This document shows, one piece after another, positions 1 through 9,294 of a stretch of DNA of 64,000 nt. The notes under the pieces were generated by a model. The model saw only the letters and a program-made list of their open reading frames with translations, ran no database searches and was not told the origin of the DNA. Origin of the DNA: Spirochaetaceae bacterium. Its GTDB lineage: Bacteria; Spirochaetota; Spirochaetia; DSM-2461. The stretch is from positions 120,985 through 184,984 of the forward strand of contig JAOPTT010000007.1 in assembly GCA_051531975.1 (NCBI GenBank). The letters run 5' to 3'. The translations under genes were made by a program, and so were the position numbers. Each line of letters begins with the position of its first letter. Within the stretch, counting starts at the first letter, position 1.

Positions 1-2
1 AA

Positions 3-311
3 TATGATAGGTATTTAATGGACTTAGCATCTGAACGTGCAGTTCTTGCATTTAGTTCTGAATTTGGGCATGAAGAAGGACGCAAGGAAGGACGCAAGGA
101 AGGACGCAAGGAAGGACGCAAGGAAGGACTAGAAGAAGGTCTAGAGCAAGGATTATTAGAAGGTCAGAATAAAGAAAAATTGAAGCAAGAGAAGCTTAGA
201 ATAGATGAAAAAATATTAAACGTAAAAGATATGCTTGCTGATGGGTTAACTATAGAGCAAGCATCTAAATTTTCTGGTTTAACAATTAAAGAAGTTGAAA
301 ATATAAACTAA
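3..311 (+). CDS. C-terminal part of an Rpn/PD-(D/E)XK nuclease-family ('putative transposase') protein, 5'-truncated by the window edge
   Basis: Frame is open from base 3 (YDRYLMDLASE...). EG(R/L)xEG repeats followed by a 'MLADGLTIEQASKFSGLTIKEVE' helix-turn-helix-like tail are typical of Rpn-family C-termini. Confidence 0.7.
   Translation, partial: YDRYLMDLASERAVLAFSSEFGHEEGRKEGRKEGRKEGRKEGLEEGLEQGLLEGQNKEKLKQEKLRIDEKILNVKDMLADGLTIEQASKFSGLTIKEVENIN
75..129 (+). repeat. 12-bp coding tandem repeat GAAGGACGCAAG x4.6 (EGRK)
   Basis: Exact units at 75, 87, 99 and 111, partial unit at 123. Confidence 0.95.
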
Positions 312-925
312 GGGTTGTGAACAAAGTCCTTACTGTTACCAAGTAGAATTGATTCTATTACGTGGGTATGTTTTAGCCCTTTAAAATCCACCTTCCAAAT
401 CTCTCCATTGTTGGGAAAAGCATGAGGGTATATAGGTAACGTTTTTTCTAATACAGCCTTAATTAATCTAAATGAAACAGCATGGGTAACAATTAAAATA
501 TTTTTATCAGAAGTATCTAAAGAATTAAAAAAGTCAGTGATTCTATCTGCTATCATAGAGTAGGACTCTCCATCACCTTCTGGTATCCAGTCCCATCTTT
601 TTAATGATTCTGTATTGTATGTTGGTTCTTCTTTTACTTGGTCGTATGTCATCCCAGAAAAAATACCTAGATCTTGTTCTGTAATTCTTTCATCTGTAAT
701 TGGTTTTAAATTATATATCTTAGAAAAAGATTCAGCTGTTTCTACAGCTCGAACTAGAGGGGATGTTATAATTTCATCTATATTTATTTTATCTTTTAAC
801 TGTGCCGCTATTAAATCGGCATCTTCTTTTCCAGCTTTTGTTAAAGGAAATGGAAGTCTACTAGCCATAATTCTGCTTTTATTTGCTTCACTTTCTGCAT
901 GTCGTATAAGGTATAATGTACTCAC
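308..925 (-). CDS. Histidine phosphatase (phosphoglycerate-mutase superfamily)
   Basis: LIRHAES, SPLVRA, EQDLG, GES and IVTH motifs; start overlaps the gntR stop codon. Confidence 0.9.
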   Translation of the reverse strand: MSTLYLIRHAESEANKSRIMASRLPFPLTKAGKEDADLIAAQLKDKINIDEIITSPLVRAVETAESFSKIYNLKPITDERITEQDLGIFSGMTYDQVKEEPTYNTESLKRWDWIPEGDGESYSMIADRITDFFNSLDTSDKNILIVTHAVSFRLIKAVLEKTLPIYPHAFPNNGEIWKVDFKGLKHTHVIESILLGNSKDFVHNP

Positions 926-1989
926 TAAGTTCTCCTAAATATAAAATCAGCATCAACAACATAAGATTTTTTGATGTTATTTTCAACAATGGCCGTTATA
1001 GCTTCTACTGCTTTGACACCGATCTCTTCAAGATTTTGAGAAATTGTTGTTATTGGGAAATAGGATGTAGTTTTATCCACCATATCTCCATAACCTATGA
1101 CACGAACCTCTTTTCCAACTAAAATCCCCATCTCTGTTAGAGCTCCAATAGCACCAATAGCCTCATAGTCGTTGGCACAAAATATACAGTCTACAAATCC
1201 GTTTTCAAAGAATTCCTTAACTACCGTGTAGCCACTTATGGCATCAAAGTCACTGGCTCTAAAATAAGCTTCCCGCTCTACTAGCCAATTTTTATTATCT
1301 ATTATATTGTAGAAACCTTTCATTTTTTCAATAACATTGTACTGATAATCTCTTCCTTTTAAAATTAATAATGAATTAATTACTGTGGTTTCGTTCATGT
1401 TGTTAAATGCATTTTCTATAGAAGCCCCATAGTTATTTAAAATAGCTGAAGCACCTTCAAGTTCCCACTCTATAGTAACAAAAGGTATAGACTTGGCTAC
1501 ATCTAGGCATACCTTTTTAACCTCACCTACTGCTTCTTCAATAAATATTACAGCGGCTCCCTCATCTTTTGCTTTATAAAGGCTGTCGATAGTATTTTGG
1601 TTCCAATTTAGCTTATCTGTATTTAATGAGTTAAGTATTATCTCGTATCCCATCTTCGTTGCATATTCAGTTAGGCCAGACAGTATCTTCATAAAGAAAG
1701 ATAGGGATGATGATGGTAAAAAGACATATACTCGATTACTAAATGAGTTTTTTAACTCAGATACAAAGTTTCCCTTACCAGATGCAGAATAAATTAGTCC
1801 CTCCCCCTGAAGAAGGCTAAATGCTTTTTGAGCAGTGGTTAATGATACCCCAGTTCTTTTCACAATTTCTCTTACAGAAGGAAGAAGTGTTCCTTCAGGA
1901 TATACCCCTTTAGAAATACCTGACCTTAGTTGATCAGCTATCTGTTTAAAGGGATGCGTATCTATATTGTTATCAATTACTATTTCCAT
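925..1989 (-). CDS. GntR-family regulator with LacI-type sugar-binding domain (AraR-like architecture)
   Basis: N-terminal wHTH (LPSVRE...SLTTAQKA...GKGNFV); C-terminal IFCAND..AIG, VIGYGD, ITTISQ. Confidence 0.9.
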   Translation of the reverse strand: MEIVIDNNIDTHPFKQIADQLRSGISKGVYPEGTLLPSVREIVKRTGVSLTTAQKAFSLLQGEGLIYSASGKGNFVSELKNSFSNRVYVFLPSSSLSFFMKILSGLTEYATKMGYEIILNSLNTDKLNWNQNTIDSLYKAKDEGAAVIFIEEAVGEVKKVCLDVAKSIPFVTIEWELEGASAILNNYGASIENAFNNMNETTVINSLLILKGRDYQYNVIEKMKGFYNIIDNKNWLVEREAYFRASDFDAISGYTVVKEFFENGFVDCIFCANDYEAIGAIGALTEMGILVGKEVRVIGYGDMVDKTTSYFPITTISQNLEEIGVKAVEAITAIVENNIKKSYVVDADFIFRRT

Positions 1990-1997
1990 ATCACGCT

Positions 1998-2130
1998 ATT
2001 ATATATATATGGGAGAGGTAATGTCAAACTCTGTACTATAACAGTTGATTTTTTTAGTGAAAAGTAGGAATTGTTTGTTTTTTTGCCTAAAATAAGTTGA
2101 CTATCTGTTATTATAGTGTACTATGACACT
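1998..2130. promoter_or_regulatory. Divergent promoters with two palindromic TGTACTATRACA operators (probable GntR sites)
   Basis: Minus strand TTGACA(2027-2022)-N18-TATAAT(2003-1998). Plus strand TTGACT(2097)-N16-TACTAT(2119). Palindromes CTGTactataACAG at 2031-2044 and AGTGTactatgACACT at 2115-2130. Confidence 0.7.
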
Positions 2131-2144
2131 TAGAGAGGAAAACT

Positions 2145-3659
2145 ATGGAAGACTATATCTTAGCTTTTGATTTTGGTACAACAAGTTTAAAGACAGTATT
2201 ATTTAATAAAAAGTTAGAAATTAAGGCGTCTGCATCTAAGGATTATCCAACAATTTATCCTCAGGCAGACTGGGCAGAACATGATCCTGAAAATTGGTGG
2301 AAGGCTCTTATAGAGACTACAGACTCTGTTGTTCATGAGGCAGGAATAAATCCAGCCGAGGTAAAAGTTATCTCTATAGATGCTATGACACCAGTAGTAG
2401 TCGCAGTTGATTCAGATGGAAATGCACTAAGACCAGCTATTATTTGGATGGATAGAAGATCATCTAAACAGTGTGAAGAGATAGATGAATCTTTAGGAGA
2501 CACTCTATTCAAGATAAATGGTAATCATAATGATCCATCTAATTTTGCCCCAAAGGTGATGTGGATTCGGGATAATGAACCAGAAATATATGAAAAAACA
2601 GATAAGTTTTTATATGCTAGCTCATATCTAGTTAGTCGATTAACTGGAAAAATGGTTGTAGATAAAACCCAGTGTGGTTTAAGTCAGCTTTGTGATACTA
2701 AACATAGTACTTGGAGCGATGAACTAATTTCTGGCTGTGGTTTAAAAAGGGAACACTTTCCTGAAATTGTTAACAGTACTGATATTGTAGGTAATTTAAC
2801 AACAAACTCTGCTGCCATTCTTGGTTTAACAGAGGGAACTTCTGTCATTGCAGGTGCTATGGATAACGTTGCTGCCGGTTTAGGGACTGGAGTATATGAC
2901 GATGGGCAGGTTTATATCTCTGCAGGTACTGCCTCTAATGGATGTGTATGTACTGACACTCCTCTGTATCACGGATCTCTACATGTTTATCATCATATTG
3001 TTCCAGACAGATGGTTATCTGTTGCTGGTGTCGATTATGGTGGTGCAGGTCTTAAATGGTTCAATAATTTACTAGGAGACATATCTATTCAGGAACTTGT
3101 AGACCAGGTTCAAGTAAAAAAGAAATTAACATCACTTATATATCTTCCATATATGGTAGGCCAGAGAGCGCCCCTTTGGAACACCTCCACCAGAGGGGTT
3201 ATGTTTGGCCTTGATCCATCGGTTGATAGAGCAGATTTAGCAAACATGTTTATGGAAGGGAACGCCCTTGGAGTAAAAGTAATTTTCGACATTGTTGAAG
3301 CTTTAGGTGTTGATATTAAAGACGTGAAGTTAACAGGTGGTTGTTCTGTAAGTTCAGTTTATTCACAAATATTTTCTGATGTTACTGGTAAAGCTGTACA
3401 AGTTGCAGGAGAAACTGATGTTGCCTCTTTAGGTATGGCAATGGCTGGAGCATATGCAATGGGTTATTACAAAACATTTGAAGAGATGACAGCAATAGTT
3501 AAGACCAGAGCAACATACACTCCTGATCCAGTTGAAGTTGAATATTACCAGGATATGTTTGTGTTATTTAAAAAACTATACACAGGTATAGAAAAACAAT
3601 ATGACATGTTAAACGAAATTAGAGATAAATATAAAAACAGAAAGGAGATATCGAAATGA
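2145..3659 (+). CDS. FGGY-family carbohydrate kinase (xylulokinase-like, substrate uncertain)
   Basis: FDFGTTSLK, PAIIWMDRR, YLPYMVGQRAPLW, LTGG motifs; GAGG RBS. Confidence 0.9.
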   Translation: MEDYILAFDFGTTSLKTVLFNKKLEIKASASKDYPTIYPQADWAEHDPENWWKALIETTDSVVHEAGINPAEVKVISIDAMTPVVVAVDSDGNALRPAIIWMDRRSSKQCEEIDESLGDTLFKINGNHNDPSNFAPKVMWIRDNEPEIYEKTDKFLYASSYLVSRLTGKMVVDKTQCGLSQLCDTKHSTWSDELISGCGLKREHFPEIVNSTDIVGNLTTNSAAILGLTEGTSVIAGAMDNVAAGLGTGVYDDGQVYISAGTASNGCVCTDTPLYHGSLHVYHHIVPDRWLSVAGVDYGGAGLKWFNNLLGDISIQELVDQVQVKKKLTSLIYLPYMVGQRAPLWNTSTRGVMFGLDPSVDRADLANMFMEGNALGVKVIFDIVEALGVDIKDVKLTGGCSVSSVYSQIFSDVTGKAVQVAGETDVASLGMAMAGAYAMGYYKTFEEMTAIVKTRATYTPDPVEVEYYQDMFVLFKKLYTGIEKQYDMLNEIRDKYKNRKEISK

Positions 3660-4690
3660 TAGCTGCATTAAGAGATGGAATGAAAAACGTAATAGCTGTA
3701 GAAAGGGATATTCCTGAAATAGCTAAACACGAGGTACTAATTAAAGTTGCCTACGTTGGAGTTTGTGGATCAGATATACACAGAGTTGAAGAGGATCTAC
3801 CTAAATGGGATACCATAGTTTTAGGTCATGAGTTTTCTGGAACTATTTCTAAAATAGGAGCCGATGTTGAAGGATTTGCTTTAGGTCAGAAAGTATCTGC
3901 AGCACCATTAGACCCTTGTCATAAATGTGACGCTTGTTTAGAGGGAAACTTCTCGTTATGTAAAGGTTATACATTTATTGGTTCAAGAAAAGATGGGGCA
4001 TTTGCAGAATATGTAGTTTTCCCTGCAAAAAACTTAGTTCCATTAAGCGATGATTTTCCTTTAAAAAAAGGTGCATTGATTGAGCCTATAACTGTATGTC
4101 TTCACCCAATGTTAAGACTTGGGAACATACTTGGTTCAACTGTTGCAGTAACAGGTTTAGGTGGAATTGGTCTATTAGCAGTACAGATTTTTAAAGCATT
4201 AGGTGCTAAAAATATTATAGTAAGTGATGTTGTAGACGAAAAAATAGCTCTAGCCTTAAAACTTGGAGCTACCCATGGTGTTAATGTATTAAAAGAGGAC
4301 TTAGCTGAAGTTGCATCTAGTTTAGGTGGAGCAGAAGTTGTTTTTGAGGCATCTGGTTCTCTTCCAGGTAAAAAATCTGCAATTACAATAGCAAAAGGGC
4401 GAGGTAAAATCCTTTTAGTTGGAACTAATCCGTCCCAGGAAGTTGTAATGGACGGACTACTATTTGAACTTATTTCAAGAAAAGAGTTAGAACTTATCGG
4501 ATCTTGGATGAATTATTCATCTCCATGGCCAGGTAAAGAGTGGTCAATTGCTGCTTGGATGCTTGAAACTGGAATGATCCAGACAGATGACATAATTACC
4601 CATAACTATAAATTAAAAGATGTTAATACAGCATTTAATGCTATTTATGATCCAAATGAACCAACTATTAAAGTTGTACTTGAAGCCTAG
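3656..4690 (+). CDS. Zn-dependent dehydrogenase, galactitol-1-phosphate 5-dehydrogenase-like
   Basis: GVCGSD, LGHE, CxxCxxCx7C, GLGGIG, and GSWMNYSSPWPGKEW characteristic of the GatD group. Confidence 0.8.
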   Translation: MIAALRDGMKNVIAVERDIPEIAKHEVLIKVAYVGVCGSDIHRVEEDLPKWDTIVLGHEFSGTISKIGADVEGFALGQKVSAAPLDPCHKCDACLEGNFSLCKGYTFIGSRKDGAFAEYVVFPAKNLVPLSDDFPLKKGALIEPITVCLHPMLRLGNILGSTVAVTGLGGIGLLAVQIFKALGAKNIIVSDVVDEKIALALKLGATHGVNVLKEDLAEVASSLGGAEVVFEASGSLPGKKSAITIAKGRGKILLVGTNPSQEVVMDGLLFELISRKELELIGSWMNYSSPWPGKEWSIAAWMLETGMIQTDDIITHNYKLKDVNTAFNAIYDPNEPTIKVVLEA

Positions 4691-4696
4691 GGAGAA

Positions 4697-6055
4697 ATGA
4701 TGAGCGCAAGAGATAAATTTATAAACCTTTTAAAAGGAAACAAAGATGGGAAAGGAACTGGGATACATTCTATTTGTTCTGCCCATTACTATGTAATCAA
4801 AGCAAGTATGATTCAGGCTAAACAGGATAGTTCAATTGTACTAATTGAGTCTACTTCAAACCAGGTTGATCAAAATGGTGGGTATACAGGTATGACTCCT
4901 AGTCAATTTGTTTCTTATGTAAATGACATTGCAGATAGCATAGAATTTCCAATAGAAAATATTCTACTTGGTGGTGACCATTTAGGACCAAATGCATGGC
5001 AAAAACTTAATGCAAAAGAGGCTATGGAGAATTCACATATATTAGTTCAGGAGTATGTAAAAGCTGGTTATTTAAAAATACATTTAGATGCAAGTATGTT
5101 TTTAGCTGACGATGAGGGAGATAGACATAAAGCACTATCCGAAGACATTGTAGCTTCTAGAGCTGCAGCACTTTGTAAAACAGCTGAAGAGACTTGGGCA
5201 AAATATAGATCTGACTGTCAAAAACCTGTTTATGTAATTGGAACAGAAGTTCCAATACCAGGTGGAGCACAGGAAGAGGAAGATAGTGTTGAATGTACAA
5301 CAGCAGATGATGCTCATAAAACAATTGCAGTTACTAAAGAGGCATTTTTAAATGCTGGATTAGAGGATGCATGGGATAGAGTTTGGGGAGTTGTTGTTCA
5401 ACCTGGTGTAGAGTTTGGTGATGATCAAGTATTTGACTACAACAGAGATGCTGCCGGAAAACTTATTAAATCAATAGATGATTATAGTGGTTTAGTATTT
5501 GAAGCACATTCTACAGATTATCAGACAGAAGAGGGCTTAACTAAATTAGTTGAAGATCACTTTTGTATTTTAAAAGTAGGGCCATGGTTAACATATGCAT
5601 ATAGAGAAGCTCTATTTGCGTTAGATCAGATTGAGAAAGAGCTGTTTTCAGATAGAACTTCTGAACTTTCTATGTTAAGAGAGACTTTAGATAGTGTAAT
5701 GGTAAAAAAGCCGGGCTATTGGGAAAAATATTACCCAGGAACTGATGCTGAAAAAACATATAAAAGAAAATTTAGTTTTTCTGATAGAAGTAGATATTAT
5801 TGGCCAGATGCTGAAATTGATGCTGCTAAAAACAAACTGTTTAAAAACTTAGAGAAGGAAGCTGTTTCGCTTTCGCTTTTAAGTCAATATATGCCAAACC
5901 AATATTTAGCTGTAAGAGCAGGTGAAATAAAAGCGACACCTGAAGATTTAGTACTTAACAGAATTAAAGATGTTTTAGGCATATATGCAAGATCATGTAA
6001 ATTAGAAGGCTGGTCGAAACAATGTGCTAGCCTAAGCAACCAAGGAGTTAATTAA
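4697..6055 (+). CDS. gatZ: GatZ/KbaZ-family protein (tagatose-6-phosphate 4-epimerase-like)
   Basis: SICSAH, ESTSNQVDQNGGYTGM, LGGDHLGP, YVIGTEVPIPGG, VVQPGVEFGD, FEAHSTDYQ, SDRSRYYW. Confidence 0.9.
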   Translation: MMSARDKFINLLKGNKDGKGTGIHSICSAHYYVIKASMIQAKQDSSIVLIESTSNQVDQNGGYTGMTPSQFVSYVNDIADSIEFPIENILLGGDHLGPNAWQKLNAKEAMENSHILVQEYVKAGYLKIHLDASMFLADDEGDRHKALSEDIVASRAAALCKTAEETWAKYRSDCQKPVYVIGTEVPIPGGAQEEEDSVECTTADDAHKTIAVTKEAFLNAGLEDAWDRVWGVVVQPGVEFGDDQVFDYNRDAAGKLIKSIDDYSGLVFEAHSTDYQTEEGLTKLVEDHFCILKVGPWLTYAYREALFALDQIEKELFSDRTSELSMLRETLDSVMVKKPGYWEKYYPGTDAEKTYKRKFSFSDRSRYYWPDAEIDAAKNKLFKNLEKEAVSLSLLSQYMPNQYLAVRAGEIKATPEDLVLNRIKDVLGIYARSCKLEGWSKQCASLSNQGVN

Positions 6056-6486
6056 TGTTAAGAGGTATTGATCCAGTTATTTCACCAGAGTTATTAGACT
6101 TACTATTTAAAATGGGTCATGGTGATGAAATTGTAATTGCAGATGCATTTTTTCCAGGGGATACATTTGGGAAAAAAGTAGTTAGAGCTGATGGTATTAA
6201 AATACCTGAGTTATTAAAAGGAATTATGCCTTTAATCACTCTTGATCAGTATGTTGATAGTCCATTAATTATGATGGCTGCAACACCAGGAGATGAGTTA
6301 GACCCAGAGGTTGAAGTTTCATATAGAAAACCAATCGATGAAGTTTGGCCTGGAACACCTGCAATTGAGAGAATTGGTAGGTTTGAGTTTTACGAGAGAG
6401 CAGAGAAGGCATTCGCAGTTGTAATGTCTGGAGAGACTGTTAAATATGGAAATATTATTCTAAAAAAAGGTGTGATTAACCGTTAG
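6055..6486 (+). CDS. fucU: RbsD/FucU-family mutarotase (L-fucose mutarotase-like)
   Basis: MGHGDEIVIADAFFP, RFEFYERA, YGNIILKKGV. Confidence 0.85.
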   Translation: MLRGIDPVISPELLDLLFKMGHGDEIVIADAFFPGDTFGKKVVRADGIKIPELLKGIMPLITLDQYVDSPLIMMAATPGDELDPEVEVSYRKPIDEVWPGTPAIERIGRFEFYERAEKAFAVVMSGETVKYGNIILKKGVINR

Positions 6487-6499
6487 TGGTTAATCCAAT

Positions 6500-6531
6500 A
6501 GGCTGGTCGGGATAAAAATCCCTGCTCGCCT
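6500..6531 (+). other. Intergenic GC-rich stem-loop without U tail (possible mRNA stability element)
   Basis: aggc-tggtc-gggat-aaaa-atccc-tgctc-gcct between fucU and the aldo/keto reductase. Confidence 0.4.
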
Positions 6532-6551
6532 GAGCATCCAAGGAGATAAAA

Positions 6552-7595
6552 ATGAGTTACGCAGAAAATGGTAAATTTGAAATAGCAAAAGATGGAGTTA
6601 ATCCAGCAGACGTTCCTAAAAAAACATTAAGAACAGGAGCAAAAATGCCAGCATTAGGTCTTGGAACTTTTGGTTCTGATAGATTCACTGCAGTCGAAGT
6701 TGCAGATGCAGTTATTGGTGCTGCAGAAGTTGGATATAGACACTTTGACTGTGCATCTATTTATGGAAATGAGAAAGAGATTGGTGGATCATTAAAAGTA
6801 ATTATGGATGGTGGTATTCCAAGAGAAGAACTGTTTATTACTTCTAAATTGTGGAACGATAAACATATTGTAGAAGAAGTTATTCCACAATGTAAACAAT
6901 CAATGAAAGATTTAGGTTTAGACTATTTAGATCTATACTTAATTCACTGGCCATTTCCTAACTTCCACCCAATTGGATGTTCTGTAGATTCAAGATCTCC
7001 GGAAGCTAAGCCTTATATACATGAGAATTTCATGAAAATATGGAGAGAGTTAGAGAAACTTGTTGAAATGGGACTAGTTAAAGCTATTGGTACATCAAAT
7101 GTAACTAAAGCTAAAATGGAATTAATACTAAAAGATGCAAAAATTAAACCTTCTGTAACGGAAATGGAAAATCACCCACATTTTCAACAGCAAGAATTAT
7201 ATAATTATTATACTTCTGAAAGTATCCAGCCAATAGGTTTCTGTCCTATAGGATCTCCAACTAGACCAGATAGAGATAAGACTGAGAATGATACTGTTGA
7301 TATCGAGGATCCAGCAATTGTTGCAGCAGCAAAAAGATTAAATGTACATCCTGCAACAATCTGTGTAAAATGGGGTTCACAGCGTGGTCAAATTCCAATT
7401 CCTTTCTCTGTAAGAAGAAATGAGTACTTAAGTAACTTAGAAGGAGTTGTTAAAGACCCATTAACTGATGAAGAAATGGCATCAATTGCTAAAAATGATA
7501 AAAACTGTAGACTGATTAAAGGACAAGTTTTCTTATGGAAAGATAACCAGACCTGGGAAGATCTATGGGATTTAGATGGTACTATAGCAGACTAA
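6552..7595 (+). CDS. Aldo/keto reductase (aldose-reductase-like)
   Basis: GLGTF, GYRHFDCASIYGNE, TSKLWN, DLYLIHWP, IGTSN. Confidence 0.92.
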   Translation: MSYAENGKFEIAKDGVNPADVPKKTLRTGAKMPALGLGTFGSDRFTAVEVADAVIGAAEVGYRHFDCASIYGNEKEIGGSLKVIMDGGIPREELFITSKLWNDKHIVEEVIPQCKQSMKDLGLDYLDLYLIHWPFPNFHPIGCSVDSRSPEAKPYIHENFMKIWRELEKLVEMGLVKAIGTSNVTKAKMELILKDAKIKPSVTEMENHPHFQQQELYNYYTSESIQPIGFCPIGSPTRPDRDKTENDTVDIEDPAIVAAAKRLNVHPATICVKWGSQRGQIPIPFSVRRNEYLSNLEGVVKDPLTDEEMASIAKNDKNCRLIKGQVFLWKDNQTWEDLWDLDGTIAD

Positions 7596-7612
7596 AAAAA
7601 TAGGATGGTTTA

Positions 7613-9166
7613 ATGATAAGAGACATAAGTGGACTTAAAATTGTAGCGTTTTTATCAGGTAACCATCCATATTTATCATCATACCAATCAGGATTAAAAA
7701 AAGAGGCAGATATATTTGGCTTTGATTTAAAAGTTTTTAATTCTGAATGGGATCCTTATCTCCAAGAACAGCAAATAGATAGTGTCTTATTAAATCCACC
7801 AGATCTTATTATATTAATGCCTGAATACAGTTTGGATAGCTCCTATCTATTGCAAACAATTTCAGAAAGTGGTGTTCCTGTTATATCTAGTAATATTCTG
7901 CCTAAAAAATCAGATTTTAAATATATCTTATCCTATACAGGACCTGACGATTGGTCTCAAAGTGAACATTTAGCAACTCGTTTTGCTGGACTAATGAATG
8001 GTTCCGGGGGATATGGAGTTATATGTCATTTAAAAGATAATCCAATTTATTATGCTAGAAAAAATGGTGTTATTTCAAAGTTAAGAAAAGATTTTCCAAA
8101 GATGACCTGTTTATGTTCTGAATCTGGAGAATTAAATAGACTAAAAACCAAGAACATTGTAACCAATTGGCTAAAGGAATATGGTTCCGAACTTAAAGGT
8201 ATTATTTGTGCTGATGATAATGTAAGTCAGTTAGGAATAAATGATGCATTAAGATTAGCTGGGCGAAATGATATTGTTACAGCGGCTAATGGTAGTACTA
8301 AAGTTGGTATAGACCTATTAAAACGTAATTTATTAGATGTTATAACATGGCAAGAACCTGAAATGGATGGAGCTTTACCTATAAAAGTTGCAGTTGATTA
8401 TTTTAGAGGTTTAGAAGTTAATAAATTAAGATATCTACCAGTAAAAATCCTAGAAAAGTCAAATGTAAACAGTATTGAAGTAGACGAAGAACCATTTTTA
8501 AATTGTGGAACCGATAAACTCTCATATTACATTATGGATGTTAGCCCCCAAAATATAGAAGAATATTTTAATGACCTGGAAATTGATATTGATAACCACC
8601 CTAAAACCTCAAAAGAGTATATTCAAGGTTTTTCAATTGAAATCTTATCTAATATTATGGGGATTATTAAAAGGGAATCCTTAAATGAGAAAGAGCTTTT
8701 AGGTTCTTATGAATCTTTATTTAAAAATTTGGTAAGACAAAAAAGTATTTCAGATACTATAGAGTGGCTTAGAGAGATTTCTTTAAATCTATGTAGTAAA
8801 CTTACAAATAAGAGGGGTTCTATTAAACCTATAGGAGAGTTGATTCTAGAATATGTACATTCTAACTATTCTAAACCTATGTCTTTAAAGACCCTTTCTA
8901 CATACTTTAATCTAACCGCACCATATTTAGGTCAACTATTTACTGAACAAACAAATGAGCATTTTTCAACTTATTTAAATAAATTAAGAGTAGAAAAGGC
9001 GTGTATTGTATTAGATCAGAAGAATATTACCGCAAGTCAAACAGCTCTAGAAGTCGGCTTCTCTAGTTCTAATTATTTTTTTAGAACCTTTCAAAAATAT
9101 TTAGGTTGCTCTCCTGTCGAATATGTAAATAGAGATCAATCCTCAGCTCCAAAAACCGAAGGGTAG
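7613..9166 (+). CDS. Sugar-binding-protein domain fused to AraC HTH (one-component regulator, paralog 1)
   Basis: RbsB-like N-domain without signal peptide (YTGPDDW, DGALPIKVAVDYF); C-terminal AraC (YLGQLF...LRVEKA...VGFSSSNYFFRTF). Confidence 0.85.
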   Translation: MIRDISGLKIVAFLSGNHPYLSSYQSGLKKEADIFGFDLKVFNSEWDPYLQEQQIDSVLLNPPDLIILMPEYSLDSSYLLQTISESGVPVISSNILPKKSDFKYILSYTGPDDWSQSEHLATRFAGLMNGSGGYGVICHLKDNPIYYARKNGVISKLRKDFPKMTCLCSESGELNRLKTKNIVTNWLKEYGSELKGIICADDNVSQLGINDALRLAGRNDIVTAANGSTKVGIDLLKRNLLDVITWQEPEMDGALPIKVAVDYFRGLEVNKLRYLPVKILEKSNVNSIEVDEEPFLNCGTDKLSYYIMDVSPQNIEEYFNDLEIDIDNHPKTSKEYIQGFSIEILSNIMGIIKRESLNEKELLGSYESLFKNLVRQKSISDTIEWLREISLNLCSKLTNKRGSIKPIGELILEYVHSNYSKPMSLKTLSTYFNLTAPYLGQLFTEQTNEHFSTYLNKLRVEKACIVLDQKNITASQTALEVGFSSSNYFFRTFQKYLGCSPVEYVNRDQSSAPKTEG

Positions 9167-9294
9167 TATTTTTTATAGCTTTAAACAGGGCCATATTTTG
9201 TTATCAGGTATATGGTCTCAAAATTATCTTTAATAAACTAGTTTTTCTTACATACATAATGGATTTTCTTGCTATATAAATGTAATATTTATTT

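Noticed and set aside
3..311. Active IS element
   Set aside because: No terminal inverted repeat or target duplication is visible; the Rpn-family 'transposase' label is not evidence of mobility.
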